Shown here: one piece after another, positions 28,238 through 35,429 of the stretch
How positions within the stretch are numbered: the stretch's first letter is position 1
How the letters are laid out: the number at the start of each line of letters is the position of its first letter
From: an uncultured Candidatus Saccharibacteria bacterium
GTDB taxonomy: Bacteria; Patescibacteriota; Saccharimonadia; Saccharimonadales; UBA10212
Reading direction: 5' to 3'
Length of the DNA stretch: 64,000 bases
Assembly: GCA_964460855.1 (NCBI GenBank)
Contig: CAYWQH010000002.1
Coordinates: forward strand, 71,506-135,505
Made by a program: the position numbers and the translations under genes
Notes under the pieces: model-generated
Database searches by the model: none
Seen by the model: only the letters and a program-made list of their open reading frames with translations
What the model was told of the DNA's origin: nothing

Positions 28238-29833
28238 ATGTCCCAAGATGCCCGCCGTGACGAAGAACAGATCACGCAGCGCCGCGCTGCCGTGCTTAAA
28301 CTCAATTATGCCGACACTTCCGGGCCCAGCAAACCTCTTTTTAAAGACATCCTTAGTGTTCCGGAATTATACCAGCTGCGGGTCATACCTTTGCAAGCCG
28401 ACCAGCATTATATCCATTTTGGCATAACCAACACTACATCGCAGCAGACTATGAACATGCTGCGCAGCCGGTTTGCCGACCAGCAAATAAATTTTTCGCT
28501 GATTTCCGATAACGGTTTCGACGAATATATTAAGCTATACGACCCGCCCAAGCAGGTCGTTTACCAGGATATTGCCATTACCGGCAGCCCCGACCAAATG
28601 GTGCAATCCATATCTACGACATTGGAGCAAGTCCGGGCCGACGATATGCTGGCATACCTGGTTCAGCAAGCTTACCAGCTTAAAGCCAGCGACATCCATA
28701 TGGAAGTCCAGCAGGCCAATGTACGCATCCGGTTGCGTGTCGACGGCGTACTGCACCCGGTAGCTTTTTTACAGGTCGATAAATACCGGCAGTTGCTAAG
28801 CTCAGTGGCGATCGCGGCTAACATTTCTACCGGCTCCGGCGAGGCCCAAACCGGCCACATCAATAAAACTTACACGCTGGCTACCGGCGAGCAAGTAACC
28901 GTCAATTTAAGGGTCGAAGCCATACCTACGGCTTTTGGCCTTGACGTAGTGATGCGTTTGTTTAATCTCAATTTGGAATTCTTTAAACTTGAAAACCTTG
29001 GTTTGAGCCACGATGAAAGCGTTATCGTCCAAGATGTAATTAAACACCCTACTGGCCTGGTGTTAGTTGTAGGCCCTACCGGCTCAGGTAAAACGACAAC
29101 CTTATATTCATTAATAAATACGCTCAATTCCCCCGAAAACAAAATAATTACGCTCGAAGACCCGATCGAATATTATATGCCGGGCATAGTCCAAATACCG
29201 GTTAGCGGGCAGATGGAAGGCCACGATTTTGCCGAAAAGCTGCGTGCGGTATTGCGGCTCGACCCAGATGTTGTGATGATCGGCGAAATCCGCGACCAGG
29301 ACACAGCCCGTACTGCGTTGCAAGCTGCTTTAACCGGGCACTTGGTACTTAGCACATTCCATGCCAGTTCGGCCGCCGCCGCTTTAACTAGGATGCTCGA
29401 TGCCATTGGCATAAACCCGCTGTTTGCCAGCGCCATGCACCTGGTAATGGCCCAGCGGCTGGTGCGCCGCCTGGACGATAATTCAAAGGTTCCTTTCCAG
29501 CCGGACGACGCGCTGAAAGCCCAGCTTCAAACGGTTATTGATACATTGCCGCCAAATTTGCCGCGCCCCGACCTCAGCCAGGTTACTTTATATAAACCCG
29601 GCAGCAGCGCAACTAACCCTTTTGGCTACAGCGGCCAGGTTGCCTTGCGCGAGCAACTTAGGATGACGCCCGGCGTACAGCAAATTCTGCGCTTGCCACC
29701 TAACCAGGTAACCACCGACGCCCTGGAACGCAAAGCCGTAGAAGAAGGCATGCGCACTATGCTGCATGATGGTATCTTAAAAGTCCTGGCCGGTTTGACT
29801 ACGCTCGAAGAGGTCTACCGCGTCGTCGGCTAA
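28238..29833 (+). CDS. GspE/PilB-family type II/IV secretion (type IV pilus assembly) ATPase
   Basis: The start is taken at ATG 28238 (TATACT at 28223-28228 lies 9 nt upstream). It has an N-terminal T2SSE_N-like region, Walker A GPTGSGKTTT, Asp box and Walker B (DPDVVMIGEIRD) and a His box (TGHLVLSTFH). Confidence 0.85.
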   Translation: MSQDARRDEEQITQRRAAVLKLNYADTSGPSKPLFKDILSVPELYQLRVIPLQADQHYIHFGITNTTSQQTMNMLRSRFADQQINFSLISDNGFDEYIKLYDPPKQVVYQDIAITGSPDQMVQSISTTLEQVRADDMLAYLVQQAYQLKASDIHMEVQQANVRIRLRVDGVLHPVAFLQVDKYRQLLSSVAIAANISTGSGEAQTGHINKTYTLATGEQVTVNLRVEAIPTAFGLDVVMRLFNLNLEFFKLENLGLSHDESVIVQDVIKHPTGLVLVVGPTGSGKTTTLYSLINTLNSPENKIITLEDPIEYYMPGIVQIPVSGQMEGHDFAEKLRAVLRLDPDVVMIGEIRDQDTARTALQAALTGHLVLSTFHASSAAAALTRMLDAIGINPLFASAMHLVMAQRLVRRLDDNSKVPFQPDDALKAQLQTVIDTLPPNLPRPDLSQVTLYKPGSSATNPFGYSGQVALREQLRMTPGVQQILRLPPNQVTTDALERKAVEEGMRTMLHDGILKVLAGLTTLEEVYRVVG

Positions 29834-29845
29834 CCAATTTGCGAA

Positions 29846-29874
29846 TTGAAAATTGTTAATTTATAGGGTAAAAT
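29846..29874 (+). promoter_or_regulatory. putative rplS promoter TTGAAA-17-TAAAAT
   Basis: The hexamers are at 29846-29851 and 29869-29874, 10 nt before the ATG. Confidence 0.5.
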
Positions 29875-29884
29875 AGCCTCTTGT

Positions 29885-30406
29885 ATGCAAAGTGTGGTCC
29901 AAAAAATTGATGCCTTGGGCAAAAAAGGCGCTGTAGTCGACGTTAAAAGCGGCGACACTGTACGAGTGCACCAAAAAATTGTCGAAGGCGGCAAAGAGCG
30001 AATCCAAGTTTTCGAAGGCTTGGTTATCCGCACCGGCCGCAAACAAAGCTTAACCAGCAGCTTTACTGTCCGCCGCATCGCCAGCGGCGTAGGGGTCGAA
30101 AAAACTTATCTTATCCACTCCCCCAATGTTTTAAAAATCGAAGTTACCAAGCGCAGCAAAGTGCGCCGCAATAATCTTAGCTATATGCGCAAACTGACCG
30201 GTAAGAGCGCCCGCTTAACCGGCGTAGATTTTGACCGAAAAGCAGTAAACACCGTTAAAGACGCCAAAGCCGAAGAAGAAGCAGCTAAGGTAGCCGAAGC
30301 TGCCGCCGCCGACCACGAAGTCCAAGAGGCTAAAAAAGCCGCTAAAGCCGCCAAACAAGAAGCCAAAGCTGAAGTTGCTTTGGCTGATCACGAAGCTAAA
30401 AAATAA
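29885..30406 (+). CDS. rplS: 50S ribosomal protein L19 with Lys/Ala/Glu-rich C-terminal extension
   Basis: 173 aa. The L19 core is clear (GDTVRVHQKIVEGGKERIQVFEGLVI...RRIASGVGVEKT). About 55 extra residues are rich in A/K/E. Confidence 0.9.
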   Translation: MQSVVQKIDALGKKGAVVDVKSGDTVRVHQKIVEGGKERIQVFEGLVIRTGRKQSLTSSFTVRRIASGVGVEKTYLIHSPNVLKIEVTKRSKVRRNNLSYMRKLTGKSARLTGVDFDRKAVNTVKDAKAEEEAAKVAEAAAADHEVQEAKKAAKAAKQEAKAEVALADHEAKK

Positions 30407-30415
30407 TAATTCGCT

Positions 30416-30457
30416 GCGGGGACGGTGATCTGACTCTCGTCAGTTCACCATCCCCGC
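30416..30457. terminator. long GC-rich hairpin between rplS and the island-2 ORF
   Basis: GCGGGGACGGTGATCTGAC-tctc-GTCAGTTCACCATCCCCGC forms a 19-position stem with 2 mismatches. It starts 10 nt after the rplS stop. On the minus strand a T-rich run (ATTATTATTTTTT) follows a few nt later. Confidence 0.5.
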
Positions 30458-30503
30458 CATGTCCCCGGTTGCGAGTGCGACCACTACGGCTTGCGCGCCG
30501 AGC

Positions 30504-30755
30504 CTAGGTGGCGTGTTGCTGTTCCAGCTCAAGCGTTCGTAGAAGCGGCGGGCGCAACTCCGTACGGATTTTCCGAATGGGAGCGTACGACAGCTTCTCT
30601 TCACGCTCGTAGTCCTCGGGCGTGCAACTACGAATGTTCGCCAGGTACATAGCCCAGGCTTTTCTCTCCTGCTCGGCCAGCCTATCCAGCCGGCGCTGAA
30701 CCCGGGTTACACTGTCAACCCGGATCGTACCACTGGAATCCGCCATCCTCCTCAT
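30504..30755 (-). CDS. hypothetical protein on second high-GC island (ORFan)
   Basis: 83 aa and predicted helical. GAAAGG/AGGAGG lie around tandem ATGs at 30755/30746. Local GC is about 62-65% by hand count. I recognise no domain, and the coding call is tentative. Confidence 0.45.
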   Translation of the reverse strand: MRRMADSSGTIRVDSVTRVQRRLDRLAEQERKAWAMYLANIRSCTPEDYEREEKLSYAPIRKIRTELRPPLLRTLELEQQHAT

Positions 30756-30924
30756 CCTTTCGGGAGACTAACCTAATAAAAGCACTATAATGCAAGCTTT
30801 TCAAGGGGTTTATAAATTTTTTTGTGTATAAATTGCTAATGATTAATCTTGAGGCGCGGACAGCTCAAATGCCGCCCGTGCCAAAACATCAGTTAACTTC
30901 CTCGCGATGGGCTAAAATTAAATA

Positions 30925-31488
30925 ATGATCGGCGTTGATGAAGTGGGCAGGGGGTGCTGGGCGGGTCCGCTGCTTGTAGTTGCCGCCAGGCAAATATTGG
31001 AATTGCCGGCAGGTTTGAAAGACTCCAAGCAACTAAGCAAAAAACAGCGCGAAAAATTCAGCGCCCAATTGGAATCATATTGCCAGTTCGGCGAAGGCTG
31101 GGTGACGGCGTTTGAAATTGATGAGCACGGGCTTGCCGCCGCCATGCGGTTAGGCGCCAAACGCGCTTTGGCTGATTTAAACGTCGCTACGGAAGAAGCC
31201 ATAATTATAGATGGAAATATAAATTTAGCTCCGAAAAAATTTATCAATATAGTGTGCGAGCCTAAAGCCGACCAAAATTATCCGATAGTTTCGGCGGCGT
31301 CTATTAGGGCTAAAGTGCGGCGCGATAAATATATGGCTGACCTGGCAGTCGAACATCCCTTATATAGTTTCGAATCGCATGTGGGCTATGGCACGGCCGC
31401 CCACCACCAGGCTCTTAAAACCAACGGCCCGTTAAAGGGCATTCACCGCCTAAGCTATAAACCGGTCCAAGCACTAGCAATTGACTAA
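30925..31488 (+). CDS. rnhB: ribonuclease HII
   Basis: 187 aa with IGVDEVGRGCWAGPL, DSKQLS and a C-terminal HR.S. TAAAAT ends 6 nt before the ATG. Confidence 0.88.
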   Translation: MIGVDEVGRGCWAGPLLVVAARQILELPAGLKDSKQLSKKQREKFSAQLESYCQFGEGWVTAFEIDEHGLAAAMRLGAKRALADLNVATEEAIIIDGNINLAPKKFINIVCEPKADQNYPIVSAASIRAKVRRDKYMADLAVEHPLYSFESHVGYGTAAHHQALKTNGPLKGIHRLSYKPVQALAID

Positions 31489-31515
31489 CACTCCTGCCTG
31501 GCGGTAAATAAACTG

Positions 31516-31866
31516 ATGAATACAACGGCTATCGGCCGCCAGGCCGAACAGTTAACAGCCAGTTGGCTGGCCAGCCAGGGTTGTAAAATTATTGCCCGCA
31601 ATTGGCGGAACCGCTACTGCGAAATTGACCTATTAGCCCGGCGCCAAAATAAAATATATATTGCAGAAGTAAAGTATCGGGCCACCAATGATTACGGTGA
31701 CGGCTTGGATATAATCACGGTTGATAAGCAACGGCGGCTGCAAAAAGCAGCTGCCTCCTGGTCAAATTCAAATAACTGGACCGGTGACTTGGAGATTTTA
31801 TTGGTTAGCGTCGGCGGCTACCTAAATGATCTACGCATCAAGGATGTTATTAAATTAGACGCTTAA
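31516..31866 (+). CDS. YraN-family (UPF0102) endonuclease-like protein
   Basis: 116 aa. G...E......L...G..I...N.R....EIDL.A with EVKYR matches the restriction-endonuclease-like fold of YraN. Confidence 0.75.
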   Translation: MNTTAIGRQAEQLTASWLASQGCKIIARNWRNRYCEIDLLARRQNKIYIAEVKYRATNDYGDGLDIITVDKQRRLQKAAASWSNSNNWTGDLEILLVSVGGYLNDLRIKDVIKLDA

Positions 31867-33549
31867 TTCTTTGGAAGCGTAATCGGCTAGGTCAGACATT
31901 AAATTTTCATCAAAAGGCGAGCGCAAACCGGCAACCTTAAAAGCCTCCAAGAAACTTTCCGTTCCGCCTACATGGCACAAGTTCATATAAGTATCCAAAG
32001 CTTTTTGGTGGTCCAGGGCGTCCAACATACCAAGTTGCATAGCTCCGGTTTCGGCCAACGCGTAGTCTATGTAATAGAACGGCGACAAGAAAATGTGCTG
32101 CTGGAAATACCAGCGCGTAGCGTTGTATTTTTCGTAACCTGTCATATTTATACCGGGGCAATAATAATCGGATAATTCCTGCCATTTTTCATCGCGCTGC
32201 TTAGCGCTTGCCTTCGGGTTTTCGTAAACCCAATGCTGGAATTCATCAACAACAGATACGTAACAGAGTAAGTACACCGAATCTTTCCAGCGGCCCAGCC
32301 GGTGTTTGGCGGCGTGCTCCTTGCTGAAAAATTCGGTTATGAGCGGCAAGCTTAAAAACTCCATGCCCATGGAGTGTACTTCGCATAGCTCCAGGCTGGG
32401 ATGCTGCAAGTCAACGGCTTCTATCCACTGGCTTTCGAGCGTCTGGAACGCATGCCCCATCTCATGTATCAGTGTCGAAACGTCATCGGGGTCGCCGGTT
32501 GAGTTGCAAAACACTATGGCCTTGTTTTCGTCGCTCATGCTTGTCATGTAAGCGTTTAACTTCTTTCCGGGCCGGTTTTCCAGGTCAATCCAACCAGCTT
32601 TGCGCATATCGGCAAAATGCTTAGCTAACCGCGGATCAAGCTTGTCGAATAACCGTTGGGCGGCGTCCAGCTGAATAGAAATCGGCACAATGCCTAACGG
32701 CAAAGTAGTAGCAGGATCATATCCATCCCACGGTTGGAGCTGCGGTTTGCCAAGGTCCGCCGCTTGCCGGGCCATTAAGGTATCACGCAACGGTACCATA
32801 TATTTTTTTACGGCTTGGCGAAATGCTTCAACTTCAGCTTGTCCGTAACCTTGCCGGCCGCGGTTTTCGTAGGCCAGCGGGATATAATTTTCGTATCCTA
32901 CGTTCTTGCCCATTTGGTCGCGAAGCTTGACCAGTTTATCGTAAATTTCAGCCATTTTGGCATGGTTTTTCAATGCCCAGTCGCCGCGGGCCAGCCAGGC
33001 GGCTTTGCGTTTTGGTTCATTTTCGCCGGTTACCAGGGCCCGGGCTTTTAAAAGCGTCATTTTTTCGCCGTTAACGGTAACCATGGCTTTAGCTTGCAAG
33101 CTGTCAAATTCAGCTCCCAAGTTACCGGTTTTAACGGCTAAATCAATATTTATGGGGTCAATTGGTTTTAGTGCCTGTTCGAAATCAGGTATTAGTTGTT
33201 TGCCGAATTCAGCGGCCATTGCGTCACGGTGCTTGCTGTCTAAGAATGCTTTTACTAGAGTATGTTCGGCATCAGTTATCGCCGGCCCGATTTTCTCCCG
33301 GAAATACTTGTCGGCCGCCTCGCTTTTGGCGCTGCGCATATCTTTGGTATAGGTGTAATGGATACGGCTGGCCTCACCGCCTATGTAGCTTCCTAAGTCG
33401 TTCCAATCCCTAAATAATTTGATCCATTTGTCGGGTTTAGCGGCTTTTTCGGCTTCGTTGATCCGAGATACTAATTGGTCATAGTGTTCTTTGGCGAACT
33501 CGGCCGTCAGTTTTTTTGGTCGGTTTGGGAAATGGACGTATTTAGTCAT
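31855..33549 (-). CDS. pepF: M3-family oligoendopeptidase F
   Basis: 564 aa with the zinc motif HEMGHAF and a downstream glutamate-containing helix. Length and layout fit PepF. Confidence 0.85.
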   Translation of the reverse strand: MTKYVHFPNRPKKLTAEFAKEHYDQLVSRINEAEKAAKPDKWIKLFRDWNDLGSYIGGEASRIHYTYTKDMRSAKSEAADKYFREKIGPAITDAEHTLVKAFLDSKHRDAMAAEFGKQLIPDFEQALKPIDPINIDLAVKTGNLGAEFDSLQAKAMVTVNGEKMTLLKARALVTGENEPKRKAAWLARGDWALKNHAKMAEIYDKLVKLRDQMGKNVGYENYIPLAYENRGRQGYGQAEVEAFRQAVKKYMVPLRDTLMARQAADLGKPQLQPWDGYDPATTLPLGIVPISIQLDAAQRLFDKLDPRLAKHFADMRKAGWIDLENRPGKKLNAYMTSMSDENKAIVFCNSTGDPDDVSTLIHEMGHAFQTLESQWIEAVDLQHPSLELCEVHSMGMEFLSLPLITEFFSKEHAAKHRLGRWKDSVYLLCYVSVVDEFQHWVYENPKASAKQRDEKWQELSDYYCPGINMTGYEKYNATRWYFQQHIFLSPFYYIDYALAETGAMQLGMLDALDHQKALDTYMNLCHVGGTESFLEAFKVAGLRSPFDENLMSDLADYASKELSV

Positions 33550-33934
33550 GGGCCTCCTTTGGCTCGTTTAGCACTTTAACTTTAACGGTATCGGGCGCTT
33601 CGTTTAGGTTAGGGTATTTTTTAGCGGCGGTTACGTTGAATTCTAACAATACTTCATAATGTCCAGGATAAAGCATTTGCGGGCTATGCAGCCTTACCTG
33701 GTTGAAAGACTTTATATGGTTGATCCTGTCTATGGGCAGCACTTGGCGGCCTTTTTTGTCGCTGCGCGCTACCTCTGCCTTGATAATTTTGAGGCCATGG
33801 TTATAAAAAGTCAGGCGCTTTGACGGCCGGCCGGTTTTTTGGCCTTTAATTTTAGCCAAAGCTAACGGGCTGCCAGTAAAACGCAGCTCGTATGACTCAG
33901 CAGTAAATTGGTCGTGGGGCTTCACCTTAACCAT
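33542..33934 (-). CDS. hypothetical beta-rich protein, possibly peptidase-M1-N-terminal-like
   Basis: 130 aa with an 8-nt out-of-frame overlap (ATGACTAA) with the pepF start. Its alternating pattern (YELRFTG...LTFYNHGLKIIKAEV...GHYEVLLEFNV) resembles the N-terminal beta-sandwich of M1 aminopeptidases. This rests on weak pattern recognition only. Confidence 0.45.
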   Translation of the reverse strand: MVKVKPHDQFTAESYELRFTGSPLALAKIKGQKTGRPSKRLTFYNHGLKIIKAEVARSDKKGRQVLPIDRINHIKSFNQVRLHSPQMLYPGHYEVLLEFNVTAAKKYPNLNEAPDTVKVKVLNEPKEAHD

Positions 33935-33975
33935 TGCTAAACATCATACCAAACCGGCGGCCCAGGTGTGTAAAC

Positions 33976-34004
33976 TTGAATAAGCAGTAAGAGTATGGTA
34001 TATT
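33976..34004 (+). promoter_or_regulatory. putative nusA promoter TTGAAT-17-TATATT (TGg extended -10)
   Basis: The hexamers are at 33976-33981 and 33999-34004. An ~88-nt leader ends in a GGAG Shine-Dalgarno. Confidence 0.5.
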
Positions 34005-34092
34005 CGTACTAGACAGCCGGCCATAGTGGTCGGACTTTTTCGTTTAATGAGGCTTATATTAATAACAATTTGGTAACAATCAGGAGACACAA

Positions 34093-35307
34093 ATGGAGTT
34101 AGACTTTAAACAACTGGCGACAGCCATAAAGGCCATTGCCGAAGAAAAAAACTTACCCGAAGACCAAGTACAGTCAATCGTTGAACAAGCTTTGGCTGCC
34201 GCTTACCGCCGCGATTACGGCGAGCGCGAACAAGAAGTGCGGGTAACTATGAATTTAAATACCGGCGACGTAACGGCGTTCGTCAGTAAAGAAGTCGTTA
34301 AAGACGCCAAAGACGTTGAAGACGATAAAGTGCAACTCACCTTAAATGAAGCCCAAGTACGCCAAAAGAACGCCAAAGTCGGCGACATTATCGAAACTGT
34401 CGAGCCGGTTAAAGATTTTGGACGGGTGGCTGCCCAAACCGCCAAGCAGGTTATATTGCAGCGGCTGCGCGAAGCCGAGCGCGAAATCGTATTAAACGAA
34501 TACGAAGATAAAATTGGCACTATTGTTAATGGAGTTATCCAGCGTGTCGAAGGCCGGCTGGCCCGCGTCGAACTGGGTAAAGCCCAGGGAATTATGCCCC
34601 AGAGCGAGCAAATTCAGGGCGAGCGCTATTATCCCGGCCAGCGTCTAAAGCTGTTTTTGAAAGACGTCGAAAAAGGTTTCCGAGGCCCGCAGCTAATTGT
34701 CAGCCGGGCCTGCAAAGAATTTATCGAACAGCTGTTTAGGGCCGAAGTACCCGAAATGGAAAACGGCGCCGTAGAAATAAAAGGCATTGCCCGCGAAGCT
34801 GGAGTGCGCAGTAAAATCGCCGTTAGCAGCAATGTCCACGGCGTAGACCCGGTCGGTACCTTCGTAGGCGGCCACGGCACCCGTATTAATGCCGTCCGCG
34901 ACGAAATTGGCAACCAGGAAATGATAGATATTGTAATCTTCAGCGATAATACCCAGGAATATATCGGCAACGCCATGAAGCCGGCCAATGTCGTTAAAGT
35001 AGAACTCGACGAAGCCAATAACAAAGCGAGGGTTGTAGTAGCCGAAGACCAGTTAAGTATCGCTATCGGCAAAAGCGGCCAAAATGTGCGTTTAGCCAGC
35101 AAGCTTACTGGTTTTGAACTCGATATCGAAGCCGAAAAAGCCGGCGAACCCGCCGATAAGCCCACTGCCGAAAAAGCCGAGGAAAAGCCTAAAGTTGAAG
35201 TTGCCGGCAAGCCAGTTGTCCAGAAGCTGAAGAAAAAGAGCGAGCTGGAAAGTTCGCTGCTTGATGCCATTGCCGAACACGGCACAGACACCGAAAAAAA
35301 TAAATAA
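34093..35307 (+). CDS. nusA: transcription termination/antitermination factor NusA
   Basis: 404 aa. GGAG lies 8 nt upstream. It has an N-terminal domain, an S1 domain, two KH domains (AIGKSGQNVRLASKLTG) and an acidic/lysine-rich tail. Confidence 0.92.
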   Translation: MELDFKQLATAIKAIAEEKNLPEDQVQSIVEQALAAAYRRDYGEREQEVRVTMNLNTGDVTAFVSKEVVKDAKDVEDDKVQLTLNEAQVRQKNAKVGDIIETVEPVKDFGRVAAQTAKQVILQRLREAEREIVLNEYEDKIGTIVNGVIQRVEGRLARVELGKAQGIMPQSEQIQGERYYPGQRLKLFLKDVEKGFRGPQLIVSRACKEFIEQLFRAEVPEMENGAVEIKGIAREAGVRSKIAVSSNVHGVDPVGTFVGGHGTRINAVRDEIGNQEMIDIVIFSDNTQEYIGNAMKPANVVKVELDEANNKARVVVAEDQLSIAIGKSGQNVRLASKLTGFELDIEAEKAGEPADKPTAEKAEEKPKVEVAGKPVVQKLKKKSELESSLLDAIAEHGTDTEKNK

Positions 35308-35321
35308 GTAAAAACTGATAG

Positions 35322-35348
35322 TTGGCACTCGTTGCATGTGAGTGCCAG
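35322..35348. promoter_or_regulatory. CIRCE-like inverted repeat upstream of clpC
   Basis: The sequence is TTGGCACTC-gttgcatgt-GAGTGCCAG. The 8-bp arms are perfect with a 9-nt spacer. The canonical CIRCE is TTAGCACTC-N9-GAGTGCTAA. Confidence 0.65.
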
Positions 35349-35361
35349 AACATGCTATAGT
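35332..35361 (+). promoter_or_regulatory. putative clpC promoter (TTGCAT-18-TATAGT, TG-extended -10)
   Basis: The -35 hexamer lies inside the spacer of the inverted repeat. The -10 context is aTGcTATAGT at 35353-35361, about 70 nt upstream of the start codon. Confidence 0.5.
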
Positions 35362-35429
35362 GGATTTACGGGCTTCTACCAAAAAACCCACAGATAAAAC
35401 GGCTCGGGAAAGGCAAAATTAGAACACAT

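Noticed and set aside
35323-35337. A sigma-54-like TGGCAC...TTGCA string upstream of clpC.
   Set aside because: The GG-to-GC spacing is 10 nt rather than the required 12. The sequence is fully explained as the left arm plus spacer of the CIRCE-like inverted repeat. No enhancer-binding-protein context is present.
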